Assembly: GCA_028282585.1 (NCBI GenBank)
Contig: JANQHR010000080.1
Coordinates: 13,312-77,311, forward strand
Origin: Bacteroidales bacterium
GTDB lineage: Bacteria; Bacteroidota; Bacteroidia; Bacteroidales; UBA12077
DNA length: 64,000 nt
Direction of reading: 5' to 3'
A model generated the notes under the pieces. It did no database searches. It worked only from the letters and a program-made list of their open reading frames with translations, and had not been told where the DNA came from. A program made the position numbers and the translations under genes. Within the stretch, counting starts at the first letter, position 1. The number at the start of each line of letters is the position of its first letter. Shown piece after piece: positions 1 to 10,405 of this stretch.

Positions 1-642
1 AAACATGTTGTTGATATTATTAATTCTACAAATCACTATATAGTAGAAAATATAAAAACAGCCCGTCGATATCTGATCAAAGCAGGTATTAAAACTAAAA
101 TTGATGATCTTACTTTTTATGAATTAAATAAACATTCAACACCTGAAGAATATGATTCTTATTTAAATGCTGTAAAAGAAAATCAAAATATCGGAATCGT
201 TTCCGAGGCTGGCACTCCCGGAGTTGCTGATCCGGGTGCTGATATTGTTGAAATTGCACATCGTAAAAATATACCGGTAGTTCCATTGGTTGGCCCATCT
301 TCAATCTTACTTTCCGTCATGGCTTCAGGGCTTAACGGACAAAATTTTGCTTTTGTAGGTTATTTACCCATTAAAAAACATGATAGGATTAAACGAATTA
401 AAGAATTGGAAAGGCGTTCCCAAACAGAAAATCAAACGCAATTATTTATTGAAGCACCTTACCGCAACCAGCATATGTTAGAAGATTTATTATCTGCTTG
501 CGCACAGGAAACAAAAATCTGCATTGCCACTGATATTACTCTGGGAAGTGAATTTATCAAAACTAAAACTGTTAAAGAATGGAAAAAGGGAGCTCCGAAT
601 TTACACAAACGTCCTACTATATTTTTAATTCACAAATATTAG
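1..642 (+). CDS. SAM-dependent methyltransferase, RsmI-like/tetrapyrrole methylase family (5' end outside window)
   Basis: Frame open from base 1 (KHVVDIINSTNHYIVENIKTARRYL...SEAGTPGVADPG...PLVGPSS...FIEAPYRN). The track ORF 286..642 is only the C-terminal part. Confidence 0.85.
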   Translation, partial: KHVVDIINSTNHYIVENIKTARRYLIKAGIKTKIDDLTFYELNKHSTPEEYDSYLNAVKENQNIGIVSEAGTPGVADPGADIVEIAHRKNIPVVPLVGPSSILLSVMASGLNGQNFAFVGYLPIKKHDRIKRIKELERRSQTENQTQLFIEAPYRNQHMLEDLLSACAQETKICIATDITLGSEFIKTKTVKEWKKGAPNLHKRPTIFLIHKY

Positions 643-688
643 AATTATACATTTAATCTGTCTGGTATAAAAAAGGGTTAATCTGAGT

Positions 689-1063
689 CTAAAATATATC
701 CACGCCTTCTATAAAATGGAATTTAACCCTATTTAATTCGTCTTCATAAATTGCACCTAAATCCTCCATTTCAAGATCATCAAATTCATAATACCAGTTA
801 ATATTTATTTCACTCGCATTCTCATTTTCATCAAGTGCTATTAAAAGATTCAATATTTTTTTGGTGGATGAAGTGTTAAGATATTCGAGTTTTAAATCAA
901 CTTTTACTTTATCAACATTTAATTGTTTAACCCAATCGATTAATGGATCATAAAATTTATGAACGTCTTCGGGTAAAGATCTTCCGGTAATTTTTAGTTC
1001 TCCTTTTTGTAAAAATGAAATTTCAGGTGTTGAGTCTGTTTTCTGAATTACAAGGCTATTCAT
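689..1063 (-). CDS. DUF1987 / SiaC-family protein
   Basis: TPEI...GRSLPED..FY.P...LEYLNTSSTK...WYY..DD motifs. Confidence 0.8.
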   Translation of the reverse strand: MNSLVIQKTDSTPEISFLQKGELKITGRSLPEDVHKFYDPLIDWVKQLNVDKVKVDLKLEYLNTSSTKKILNLLIALDENENASEININWYYEFDDLEMEDLGAIYEDELNRVKFHFIEGVDIF

Positions 1064-1146
1064 TTCAATTCTTTGGTTTCTGTTAAAAATTGAGCCTAAA
1101 GTTAACTAAAAAAGAAGTTCAAAAAAATTTTTTATTAACTAATTAC

Positions 1147-1776
1147 CTAGTTGTTAAAACTTTTAAGTACCTCAAGAGCATTGGGGCCTTCATTAAACAG
1201 TAAATCAATAATACTTAGATTGGGAATAAATCCGAATTTTTCTTGAAACACTTGAGCATATTTTTTAACCTGGAATCGATCATCATTGAGGTTTAATTTC
1301 GGATGGATTTTATATCTATAATCATCAACTTTAGTTCTATATTCAGTTATATAATCTTCAGTTTTATTTATCTTAACCTCATAGTCCATATGTTCCAGAA
1401 TAAGGATTTGTAAATCTGTATTTAAATCTATGAGGTACTTGTATTTCTTTTCATAAAATGGCATAAAATCATCCTGATAATATTCAAAAAACGGCGATGA
1501 TCTATAGGCCGATTCTATTGATTTCCAGTGCAATTTCCGCCAGTTTGTATCGTAATCGATTAAAATATCCTTTGTTTTAACCTTTATATTAATCTTCTTT
1601 ACAGGAATTGATAATGACAATTCTCCATTAGCTCCATAAATCTTACATCTGTTACGATAAGTTTGTTTTGGATAATTCTCATGCAGTTCAATATAAATTT
1701 CATCGTACAATAAAAACTTAGAGTAATATTGAATAGGTGCTAAATATGCCGTAGATAATAAAACTTGATTGTTCAT
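1147..1776 (-). CDS. WbqC-family protein
   Basis: KQTYRNRC, HWKSIESAYRSSPFFEYY, NLSIIDLLFNEGP; usual Bacteroidota position after lepB. Confidence 0.9.
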   Translation of the reverse strand: MNNQVLLSTAYLAPIQYYSKFLLYDEIYIELHENYPKQTYRNRCKIYGANGELSLSIPVKKINIKVKTKDILIDYDTNWRKLHWKSIESAYRSSPFFEYYQDDFMPFYEKKYKYLIDLNTDLQILILEHMDYEVKINKTEDYITEYRTKVDDYRYKIHPKLNLNDDRFQVKKYAQVFQEKFGFIPNLSIIDLLFNEGPNALEVLKSFNN

Positions 1777-1780
1777 AACT

Positions 1781-1810
1781 AAAAAATACCGGATAGAAGT
1801 CTACCCGGTA
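1781..1810 (-). terminator. Intrinsic terminator-like hairpin after lepB
   Basis: TACCGGGTAGA-CT-TCTATCCGGTA followed by T6 on the minus strand. Confidence 0.55.
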
Positions 1811-1830
1811 CAAAGATATATGCAAAAGAA

Positions 1831-3240
1831 TTAATGTATTAATGAAAACATTCTTTTCCAGCGAATTTTGCTTACAAATGATTTATCCTTATCTAAAGAC
1901 AACCAAATAAAAACAGCCTTACCAACAATATGATCTTCAGGCACAAACCCCCAGTATCTAGAATCGGCCGAATTATGACGATTATCACCCATCATAAAAT
2001 AATAATCCATTTTGAACGTATATGAATTTACTATTTCTCCATTGATAAAAATGTTTTTACCTTCCACCTTTATTTCATTACCCTCATATGTCTCAATAAC
2101 TCTTTTATAAAGCGGCAGGTTATCAATAGTTAAATCAACCGTTGCTCCTTTTTTTGGAACATATAAAGGTCCGAAGTTATCCTCTGTCCAAGGATAATTT
2201 GAACTAAAGGGAAAGATCGAAATGTTTGCAATATTAATATTGGTATTTTCATACTTTGTAACCGCAGATACATTAGAAAACTCTTTTAAATTATCAACAT
2301 TTTCAATAGTTAATGGTAATTCATACATGGCACTCGAAGCAATAAATCTTCTGTCATCTACAGCAATATTTAATCTTTCAAAATGTTTAGAATTAATTTG
2401 TTTCCCATTTGTTTTAACATAATAATCGTATTGCATTTTTTCAAAATGCTCCTGTTTTTCATTATTAATATAAACCTGTCCGCGATTAATTTTTATGCTA
2501 TCGCCCGGTAACGCAACACACCTTTTTATATAGTTCTCTCTTTTATCTACAGGACGAACTGTTATGTTAAACTGATCCCAAATATATTTTCTTGCAATTA
2601 CTTTATAATCTTCAAATGATTTAATAGGGTTGCCATACTGAATATCACGACGTTTTAATTCATCAGCATAATTACGCATAATAGCATAATAATCTTGCTC
2701 CTGCATTTCTAATACGACCGTATCGCCAGCTGGGAAATTAAATACTACAATATCATTCCTTTTAACATCACCAAATCCTGCAATTCTTTTGTATGGTCGC
2801 TTAATCCATTCAACATAGGATTTCTTATACTTTGTTAAGGGTAATGTATGATGTGCAAAAGGGAATGAAATCGGTGTGTTTGGCAACTTTGGGCCATAAC
2901 TTACTTTGCTAACAAACAGATAATCACCAACAAGCAAAGTTTTTTCCATTGAAGAGGTTGGTATAGTGTAAGCTTCAATTAAAAACATTCTTATTAATGT
3001 TGCAGCAATTACTGCAAAAATCAAAGCGTCAACCCATTCGACCAGGGTATTTTTCTGTTTTGTTTCACCGCGCTTTTTCCAAAATGTCCAGTTAACTAAT
3101 TTGGTTAGGTGCATATCAATAATTACAGGTATACCAAATAAAAACCAGAAGTTCTTGATCCATATTACCCATAAAATATAGATTGTTATGGCCAATCCAA
3201 ATCTAAAATACTTGTTTTTTAAAAATTCTTTTATTGTCAT
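1831..3240 (-). CDS. lepB: Signal peptidase I
   Basis: [14 protein letters not shown] (Ser), [11 protein letters not shown] (Lys), [14 protein letters not shown]; start placed at ATG 3240 (MTIKEF) rather than 3276, which overlaps dapB. Confidence 0.95.
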   Translation of the reverse strand: MTIKEFLKNKYFRFGLAITIYILWVIWIKNFWFLFGIPVIIDMHLTKLVNWTFWKKRGETKQKNTLVEWVDALIFAVIAATLIRMFLIEAYTIPTSSMEKTLLVGDYLFVSKVSYGPKLPNTPISFPFAHHTLPLTKYKKSYVEWIKRPYKRIAGFGDVKRNDIVVFNFPAGDTVVLEMQEQDYYAIMRNYADELKRRDIQYGNPIKSFEDYKVIARKYIWDQFNITVRPVDKRENYIKRCVALPGDSIKINRGQVYINNEKQEHFEKMQYDYYVKTNGKQINSKHFERLNIAVDDRRFIASSAMYELPLTIENVDNLKEFSNVSAVTKYENTNINIANISIFPFSSNYPWTEDNFGPLYVPKKGATVDLTIDNLPLYKRVIETYEGNEIKVEGKNIFINGEIVNSYTFKMDYYFMMGDNRHNSADSRYWGFVPEDHIVGKAVFIWLSLDKDKSFVSKIRWKRMFSLIH

Positions 3241-3256
3241 TGTATTTAGGTTGTTT

Positions 3257-3973
3257 TTATACTCTAAGTAATTCATCCATTGTAAAATATCCTTTTTTAT
3301 CTTTAATGAACTCCGCTGCCAAAACCGCTCCTAATGCAAATCCTTCACGACTTTTTGCATTATGTTCTATCATTATTTTATCAAAGGATGATTCATATAT
3401 TATTTTATGATTTCCAGGTACATTTCCTTCTCTATAAGATTTAACCGGAATTGAATCCTCAGAATCAGAAATTTCCTTTTCCCACTTTTTCTTTGAATCT
3501 AAATTATCTATTAGCCCATCAGCAAGCGTAATAGCAGTTCCACTGGGGGCATCCACCTTTTGTGTGTGGTGAGTTTCTTCGATTAGAACTTGATAATTTG
3601 GGTAATGATTTATCATTTGTGCCAAATGTTCACTCAATTTAAAAAACAGATTTACACCGATACTAAAATTTGAGGCATAAAAGAATGTAACACTTTCCTT
3701 TTCACATCTTTTCTTTACCAATTCCAGCTTATCAATCCATCCTGTAGTTCCGCTTACTGTTGGAACTTTATAATCAAGTAACATCATAATATTACTGAAT
3801 GCACTTTGAGGAGCAGAAAACTCTATAGCAACATCTACATCTTTAAAGTTATCAAGCGAAATTTCATTAATATTGTTTTCTTCAATTTTTAAAACTACCT
3901 GATGACCTCGATCTAAAGCTATTCGCTCGATCTCTTTTCCCATTTTACCGTATCCTACTATTGCTATTTTCAT
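3257..3973 (-). CDS. dapB: 4-hydroxy-tetrahydrodipicolinate reductase
   Basis: [33 protein letters not shown]. Confidence 0.97.
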   Translation of the reverse strand: MKIAIVGYGKMGKEIERIALDRGHQVVLKIEENNINEISLDNFKDVDVAIEFSAPQSAFSNIMMLLDYKVPTVSGTTGWIDKLELVKKRCEKESVTFFYASNFSIGVNLFFKLSEHLAQMINHYPNYQVLIEETHHTQKVDAPSGTAITLADGLIDNLDSKKKWEKEISDSEDSIPVKSYREGNVPGNHKIIYESSFDKIMIEHNAKSREGFALGAVLAAEFIKDKKGYFTMDELLRV

Positions 3974-4050
3974 TTCGATTAGTTAGTTCGCAAGATATTT
4001 AAATCCTTACAAATGCTTTTATAATAATTCTTAAAAAATGTTAATCTGAT

Positions 4051-4111
4051 TTTAACCTGATGTATTCATAAATATTAAAAAATGAAATATTTATGAACAG
4101 TACAGGTTAAA
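4051..4111. repeat. Long imperfect inverted repeat between rplT and dapB
   Basis: TTTAACCTG-N5-TTCATAAATATT ... AATATTTATGAA-N5-CAGGTTAAA. Confidence 0.75.
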
Positions 4112-4221
4112 CTTGACACGAAATAATCAATAATACAAAATCAATAAAACATTCATTATTTCTTTGTCACAAAACCAATTCATAAAATTTATGAACTAAT
4201 TAGGTTTAGAGGTGTAAATAT

Positions 4222-4249
4222 AAAAAAAGGGAAGCATTTTAGCTTCCCT
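4222..4249 (-). terminator. Intrinsic terminator of the thrS-infC-rpmI-rplT operon
   Basis: AGGGAAGC-TAAAAT-GCTTCCC followed by T7 on the minus strand. Confidence 0.85.
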
Positions 4250-4274
4250 AAAAAGATATATTCTTAGAAATTAA

Positions 4275-4622
4275 TTATTTCTTAACTGTTTTAATTACTT
4301 CAGCAAATGCTTTTGGGTGATTCATTGCTAAATCCGCTAATACTTTTCTGTTTAATGCAATACCCTTTTTATTTAATTTACCCATAAAATCAGAGTAAGA
4401 CATTCCATGTTCTCTAACTCCGGCATTGATTCTTTGAATCCATAATGCTCTAAAGTTTCTTTTCTTAGTTTTTCTATCTCTGTATGCGTATTGTAAACCT
4501 TTTTCGTACGCATTTTTAGCAACTGTCCAAACGTTGCTTCTTCTACCAAAATATCCTTTGGTATGTTTTAAGATTTTCTTTCTTCTAGCTCTTGAGGCTA
4601 CTGAGTTTACCGATCTTGGCAT
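4275..4622 (-). CDS. rplT: 50S ribosomal protein L20
   Basis: [16 protein letters not shown]...[21 protein letters not shown]. Confidence 0.99.
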   Translation of the reverse strand: MPRSVNSVASRARRKKILKHTKGYFGRRSNVWTVAKNAYEKGLQYAYRDRKTKKRNFRALWIQRINAGVREHGMSYSDFMGKLNKKGIALNRKVLADLAMNHPKAFAEVIKTVKK

Positions 4623-4723
4623 AATTTCTTGTTTTGTGAACGATTAGCGGCCGACAACTTCTCGACTCTTATTTCGGCTAATTCATCCTGATTAAATACT
4701 AATTCATAATTTTAATTAAAAGA

Positions 4724-4921
4724 TTACTTCATTGCTAAACATTTTTTAATGTTTTGTTCGTCAGCTTTATGAACCTGACCTGTAGCAGTTAAATTTCTTT
4801 TCTGCTTAGTAGTCTTTTTAGTCAAAATGTGACTTTTAAACGCATGTTTTCTTTTAATCTTCCCTGTACCGGTTAAACTAAATCTTTTTTTAGCTCCGGC
4901 TTTAGTCTTCATCTTTGGCAT
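4724..4921 (-). CDS. rpmI: 50S ribosomal protein L35
   Basis: [34 protein letters not shown]. Confidence 0.99.
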   Translation of the reverse strand: MPKMKTKAGAKKRFSLTGTGKIKRKHAFKSHILTKKTTKQKRNLTATGQVHKADEQNIKKCLAMK

Positions 4922-4949
4922 TTTACTATCTAATTTATAATTAAAATAA

Positions 4950-5507
4950 TTATTTCTTCTTCAATGTTTTAGGAGAAATGAACATAATCATTCTTTTTCC
5001 TTCAAGTTTCGGCATTTGTTCAACTTTTCCGTGTTCTTCTAAATCCTGGGCTAATCTTAACAAAAGAATCTCTCCTTGCTCTTTGAACAAAATTGATCTT
5101 CCTTTGAAAAACACAAATGCTTTTACTTTAGCACCATCTTCTAAAAACTTAACAGCATGTTTAAGCTTAAACTGATAATCATGCTCATCGGTCTGTGGCC
5201 CAAACCTTATTTCTTTTAACACAACTTTTTGTGTTTTTGCTTTTAGCTCTTTTTGCTTCTTCTTTTGTTGATAAAGAAACTTCTGATAATCAATTATTTT
5301 ACATACCGGTGGATCGGCATTAGGTGATATTTCTACTAAATCTAACTCCAGCTCATCTGCTAGTTTTAATGCATCCTGAATTGAATAGATGTCTGATTTT
5401 TCAATATTGTCACCAACAAGGCGAACAGCTCTTGCACGTATATTATTATTGATCCTGTGTGCCGGCTCTTCTTTTTTAAAAGGCCTTCTTTGTCTTGGTC
5501 CTGCTAT
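4950..5507 (-). CDS. infC: Translation initiation factor IF-3 with non-canonical ATA start
   Basis: Frame extends 95 codons upstream of the track ORF ([16 protein letters not shown]...[25 protein letters not shown]) to ATA at 5507, preceded by AGGAGGA at 7 nt; thrS-infC-rpmI-rplT order. Confidence 0.93.
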   Translation of the reverse strand: MAGPRQRRPFKKEEPAHRINNNIRARAVRLVGDNIEKSDIYSIQDALKLADELELDLVEISPNADPPVCKIIDYQKFLYQQKKKQKELKAKTQKVVLKEIRFGPQTDEHDYQFKLKHAVKFLEDGAKVKAFVFFKGRSILFKEQGEILLLRLAQDLEEHGKVEQMPKLEGKRMIMFISPKTLKKK

Positions 5508-5536
5508 GACTAAATCCTCCTAATTTTAATTAATAA

Positions 5537-7489
5537 TTAATTTATTTTGTAATTCTCAGTTTGAGCTTTAACTTCTTTATTTATAAACTCTGCAAATTCG
5601 TCCAGTTTCATGCTTCCTTTATCTCCTTCTCCCTGGATACGAACCGAAACTGTCTCATTTTCAAACTCTTTTTCACCTACAATTAGAAGATAAGGAATAC
5701 GTTTTAACTCATTGTCGCGTATCTTTTTGCCTATCTTCTCGTTACGGTCGTCAATCAAAGTGCGAATATCGTAATTATTTAGGAAATTCAAAACTTTTTT
5801 TGCATAATCGTTATATTTTTCGCTAATGGGAAGTATAACGGCTTGCTCCGGTGTTAACCACAATGGGAATTTTCCGGCAGTATGTTCAATTAATACTGCG
5901 ACGAAGCGTTCCATTGATCCAAACGGAGCTCGATGGATCATTACAGGTCTGTGCTTCTGATTATCCGAACCTACATACGTCAGATCAAAACGTTCTGGCA
6001 AATTGTAATCCACCTGAATTGTTCCTAATTGCCATTGACGGCCTAATGCATCCTTAACCATAAAGTCTAACTTAGGGCCATAGAATGCAGCTTCGTCGTA
6101 TTCAACTATATAGTTCAAATCTTTTTCTTTAACAGCCTCCAAAATTGCAGTTTCTGCTTTTTCCCAATTCTCTTCAGTTCCAATATATTTTGAATGATCA
6201 GTCTTATGTCTTAACGATACCTGGGCTACAAAATCTTTAAAATCTAACGCATTAAAAATGATAAAAATAATATCCATTACTTTTTTAAACTCATCTTTTA
6301 ACTGGTCAGGACGGCAGAAAATATGAGCGTCGTCTTGTGTAAATCCACGTACGCGAGTTAATCCATGTAACTCGCCACTTTGCTCATATCTATAAACTGT
6401 ACCAAACTCTGCGTAGCGGATTGGCAAATCCTTATAAGAATGTTGTTTAGCTTTATATATCTCACAATGATGCGGACAGTTCATTGGTTTCAACAAAAAC
6501 TCTTCTCCTTCAGCGGGAGTGTTAATGGGCTGGAAAGAATCTTTTCCGTACTTCTCATAATGTCCGGAAGTTATCCACAAATCTTTTAATCCAATATGGG
6601 GTGCAATTACCTGCTGGTAACCATAACGTTTTTGAATTTTTTTCAAAAAGTTTTCCAAACGCTCTCTAAGCTGAGCTCCTTTTGGTAACCATAATGGTAA
6701 ACCTTGACCAACTCTTTGAGAAAAGGCAAACAACTCTAATTCTTTACCTATTTTACGATGATCTCGTTTCTTTGCTTCTTCCAGTAATATTAAATATTCC
6801 TCCAGCATTTTTTGCTTAGGAAATGTAATACCATATAAGCGAGTTAATTGTTTTCTTGTTTCATCTCCTCTCCAATATGCTCCGGCCACACTAAGTATTT
6901 TTATTGCCTTAATTAAACCTGTATTTGGTAAATGTGGTCCTTTACACAAATCAGTAAAACTACCATGCTTGTAAAAAGTAATGGTTCCGTCTTCAAGTTC
7001 GTTAATTAACTCAACTTTATACTCATCTTCTTTTTGAGTATAGAAATCCAACGCTTCGGCTTTAGCCACTTCACTTCTTGCATAATCGTTCTTTTGTTGA
7101 GCTAACTCTTTCATTTTAGCTTCGATCTTACCAAAATCAGCATCTGTAATTACTTCTCCTTCAGGTAAATCTACATCATAATAAAAACCATTTTCAATAC
7201 TTGGTCCAATTCCAAATTTAATACCCGGATACATCGCTTCTAAGGCTTCAGCCATTAAGTGGGCCGATGAATGCCAAAATGCATGCTTACCTTCCTCGTC
7301 ATCCCATTTATGTAATTTAACATTAGAATCTGATTCAATTAGTCTTTGAAGGTCCCAAATCTCATCATTTACTGTAACTGATAAAACTTCCTTTGCTAAT
7401 CTTGGGCTTATATCGTTTGCTATATCTAAACCTGATACCGCATTATTAAATTTTCGTACTGATCCGTCTGGTAACGTAATTTTAACCAT
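5537..7489 (-). CDS. thrS: Threonine--tRNA ligase
   Basis: TGS domain, [45 protein letters not shown]. Confidence 0.99.
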   Translation of the reverse strand: MVKITLPDGSVRKFNNAVSGLDIANDISPRLAKEVLSVTVNDEIWDLQRLIESDSNVKLHKWDDEEGKHAFWHSSAHLMAEALEAMYPGIKFGIGPSIENGFYYDVDLPEGEVITDADFGKIEAKMKELAQQKNDYARSEVAKAEALDFYTQKEDEYKVELINELEDGTITFYKHGSFTDLCKGPHLPNTGLIKAIKILSVAGAYWRGDETRKQLTRLYGITFPKQKMLEEYLILLEEAKKRDHRKIGKELELFAFSQRVGQGLPLWLPKGAQLRERLENFLKKIQKRYGYQQVIAPHIGLKDLWITSGHYEKYGKDSFQPINTPAEGEEFLLKPMNCPHHCEIYKAKQHSYKDLPIRYAEFGTVYRYEQSGELHGLTRVRGFTQDDAHIFCRPDQLKDEFKKVMDIIFIIFNALDFKDFVAQVSLRHKTDHSKYIGTEENWEKAETAILEAVKEKDLNYIVEYDEAAFYGPKLDFMVKDALGRQWQLGTIQVDYNLPERFDLTYVGSDNQKHRPVMIHRAPFGSMERFVAVLIEHTAGKFPLWLTPEQAVILPISEKYNDYAKKVLNFLNNYDIRTLIDDRNEKIGKKIRDNELKRIPYLLIVGEKEFENETVSVRIQGEGDKGSMKLDEFAEFINKEVKAQTENYKIN

Positions 7490-7516
7490 TTTTACTTTTT
7501 TTCAATTTCAAGTCTG

Positions 7517-7524
7517 CAAAGATA
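7517..7524 (-). promoter_or_regulatory. Bacteroidota primary-sigma -7 element for thrS
   Basis: TATCTTTG matches TAnnTTTG, 28 nt upstream of the start codon. Confidence 0.6.
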
Positions 7525-7654
7525 TGAATTCTTTGCAGAAAATAGAGTGCAAATCTTTAATAAATATTGCTATTTTTAAAGCCTATTTTTATTATTAACA
7601 ATGTATTTAAACCTTCGGTTTAATTACATTGTCCAAACTAAAAAACTTTAAGCT

Positions 7655-9832
7655 ATGAAATACCCGAGATTAAGTTTAACAATCATTTTAATAGGTACTG
7701 CAATCACTAACATTTTTGCTCAACAGCCTCAAAAAGAAATTACTTTGGAAGATATTTACGTTAATAGTAAATTCTCAGAGAAAACTGTAAAAGGCATACG
7801 ATCGATGAACGATGGAGAACATTTCACAACTCTTGAGGAAAGCAGGAAAATTGTTAAGTACAGTTATAAAACCGGTGAGCTTGTTGATATACTGTTTAAT
7901 ACCATAGAAGCAAATTTTAAAATTGAAGCTTATGAATTTTCTTCTGATGAATCTAAGATTTTATTAGCGGTAAATGCAGAATATATCTACAGAAGATCTT
8001 ATACGGCAGATTATTACATTTATAATATTTTAAATCAAAAACTACAAAGATTAAGCGAAAATGGCAGGCAAAAATATGCACATTTCTCTCCAAATGCATT
8101 TAAAGTTGGGTTTGTTAGGGATAACAACATATTTATTAAGGATTTAGAATTAAATACTGAGAAAAAAATCACATTCGATGGTAAATTTAATCATATCATA
8201 AATGGTGGAACTGATTGGGTTTATGAAGAAGAATATTCGTTTACCAGAGCTTTTTTCTGGTCGCCTAATGGTGATAAAATTGCATATTACAAATTTGATG
8301 AAAGCGAGGTTAAAGTTTTCAATATGACTAAATACAATGAAGAGCTTTACCCGGAAAATTATGCTTTTAAATATCCAAAAGCCGGAGAAAAAAATTCAAT
8401 TGTAAGTATTCATGTTTATGATCTAAATACAGATAAAACAAAACTAATGGATATTGGTAAAGAAACAGACCAATACATTACAAGAATTAAATGGATATAT
8501 GAAAACAATAAACTAGCCATTATAAGATTAAACCGATTACAAAACCACATTGAAATTTTATTAGCAAATCCGGATAACGGAGAGTCCAAAGTAATTTATT
8601 CTGAAAAGAATAAATATTATATAAACCGGATTAAAGACTGGTACATGACAGCTACAGCAGATGGAAAACACTTTATCATTAATAGCGAGAAAGATGGTTG
8701 GAATCATTTATACTTATACAATATGGAAGGTCAGTTAATAAATCAAATTACAAAAGGAGATTGGGAAGTGACTGATTTTTATGGCATTGACGAAGAAAAC
8801 CAAACCATTTATTATCAATCGGCCGAAGAGTCCCCGTTAAAAAGAACAGTGTATTCGGTAAAATTAGATGGCTCTAATAAGAAGAAATTATCAGAAAAAA
8901 CCGGTACGAACAGTGCAAAATTCAGCGATGGTTTTAGATATCACATCAATACATATAGTAATATTAACACTCCAAAATACATTACACTGCATAATAAAAA
9001 GGGAAAAATAATCAGGGTATTGGAAGATAATGAAAAATTAAAACAAACAGCAAAAGAATACAATTTTAGTCCTGTTGAGTTTTTGTCAATTAAAACACCT
9101 TCGAGCAAATGGGATTTAAACGCATTAATGATTAAACCAACTAATTTTGATGCTAATAAAAAATATCCTCTGTTGGTATTCTTGTACGGAGGCCCGGGTT
9201 CTCAAGTAGTTCAGGATACCTGGATTCGCAGACTGGCCTGGCACCAAATGCTGGCGCAAAAAGGATATATCGTAGCTTATGTGGACAATAGAGGAACCGG
9301 AGGGCGTGGCGAAGAATTCAAAAAAATAACATATGGACAGTTAGGAAAATATGAAACCATTGATCAAATTGAAGCTGCAGAATACTTAAGTAGCCTTCCC
9401 TATATCGACGAAAAAAGAACCGGAATCTGGGGATGGAGTTACGGTGGTTATATGTCAACATCCTGTTTGTTTTTAGGTAGTTCGGTTTTTGAATTGGCTG
9501 TCGCGGTTGCTCCTGTAACAAGCTGGAGATATTATGATACTATATATACAGAACTTTATATGGGGCTACCACAGGATAATCCTGATGGTTACGATCAAAA
9601 CTCACCGTTAAACCATGTTGAAAAATTGCAGGGAAAATATTTGCTAATACATGGTACTGCAGACGATAATGTACATTTTCAGAATGCAATTGAATTATCA
9701 AGAAAACTTGTTGAGGCCAATAAACAATTTGATACGCATTTCTATGTGGATAAAGCGCACAGTATTAGAGGGGAAAAAACCCGCTTACATTTATTTACCC
9801 TTATAACTGATTTTATATTGGAAAACTTATAA
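7655..9832 (+). CDS. Dipeptidyl-peptidase IV (S9B), exported
   Basis: Signal peptide, DWVYEEE, GWSYGG, HGTADDNVH, catalytic His in KAHSI. Confidence 0.95.
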   Translation: MKYPRLSLTIILIGTAITNIFAQQPQKEITLEDIYVNSKFSEKTVKGIRSMNDGEHFTTLEESRKIVKYSYKTGELVDILFNTIEANFKIEAYEFSSDESKILLAVNAEYIYRRSYTADYYIYNILNQKLQRLSENGRQKYAHFSPNAFKVGFVRDNNIFIKDLELNTEKKITFDGKFNHIINGGTDWVYEEEYSFTRAFFWSPNGDKIAYYKFDESEVKVFNMTKYNEELYPENYAFKYPKAGEKNSIVSIHVYDLNTDKTKLMDIGKETDQYITRIKWIYENNKLAIIRLNRLQNHIEILLANPDNGESKVIYSEKNKYYINRIKDWYMTATADGKHFIINSEKDGWNHLYLYNMEGQLINQITKGDWEVTDFYGIDEENQTIYYQSAEESPLKRTVYSVKLDGSNKKKLSEKTGTNSAKFSDGFRYHINTYSNINTPKYITLHNKKGKIIRVLEDNEKLKQTAKEYNFSPVEFLSIKTPSSKWDLNALMIKPTNFDANKKYPLLVFLYGGPGSQVVQDTWIRRLAWHQMLAQKGYIVAYVDNRGTGGRGEEFKKITYGQLGKYETIDQIEAAEYLSSLPYIDEKRTGIWGWSYGGYMSTSCLFLGSSVFELAVAVAPVTSWRYYDTIYTELYMGLPQDNPDGYDQNSPLNHVEKLQGKYLLIHGTADDNVHFQNAIELSRKLVEANKQFDTHFYVDKAHSIRGEKTRLHLFTLITDFILENL

Positions 9833-10039
9833 AGAAATTAGATGTTAAAATAATTCTGTATTCCGAATTCAAAATTTTGTTTATTTTTGCAATCTAATGC
9901 CCAAATGGCAAAACCTGTCTGCCGGCAAGTTTTGTCGATGCTCGCCTTGCGACATTGAACATCAGCGAAAAATTGTTCATAGCAAAGCTTTGAGTTTTTT
10001 CGGGGTTAGGCACGCGTGGTTAAACGCTTTCTTACAATT

Positions 10040-10123
10040 GCCCAGGTGCTGAAATTGGTAGACAGGCATGGTTGAGGGCCATGTGTTCATTTGGACGTGC
10101 GGGTTCGATTCCCGCCCTGGGCA
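10040..10123 (+). tRNA. tRNA-Leu(GAG)
   Basis: Acceptor GCCCAGG/CCTGGGC-A, D loop TTGGTAGAC, anticodon arm CATGG-TTGAGGG-CCATG, long variable arm, T arm GCGGG-TTCGATT-CCCGC; CCA not encoded. Confidence 0.97.
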
Positions 10124-10131
10124 CAATAATT

Positions 10132-10159
10132 AAAGATCTCCTTATAGGTGGTCTTTTTT
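10132..10159 (+). terminator. Terminator after tRNA-Leu
   Basis: AAAGATCTCCT-TAT-AGGTGGTCTTT imperfect stem plus T run. Confidence 0.55.
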
Positions 10160-10211
10160 AATGTCGGTTGCTGAGCTTTGCGTCAGCGTTCGAATCTTGT
10201 TCTGGGCACTT

Positions 10212-10370
10212 TTAATCAACATTTTTCTTTAAGATAGATTTAACAGGAAAAATAATCCTTTCTATTAATCTTAAATCTTGAGTAATGATCTCTGCTTTAC
10301 CTTTCATATTTTGTGAAAAAGGAAGGTTATTTCCATAATTTGTTGTCAGTCCGTTTGGGAAGCTAACAAT
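10212..10370 (-). pseudogene. C-terminal remnant of a HlyD-family secretion adaptor
   Basis: Own translation: IVSFPNGLTTNYGNNLPFSQNMKGKAEIITQDLRLIERIIFPVKSILKKNVD*. Resembles the C-terminus of Bacteroidota HlyD proteins in peptide-export loci; no N-terminal part present. Confidence 0.75.
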
Positions 10371-10405
10371 GTTCTTCACTTATTATTAATCTCATTTTAT
10401 CGTAA

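Noticed and set aside
689-1063. Complete Sia signalling system
   Set aside because: Only a SiaC-like gene is present, with no siaA/B/D neighbours; lone copies are common in this group
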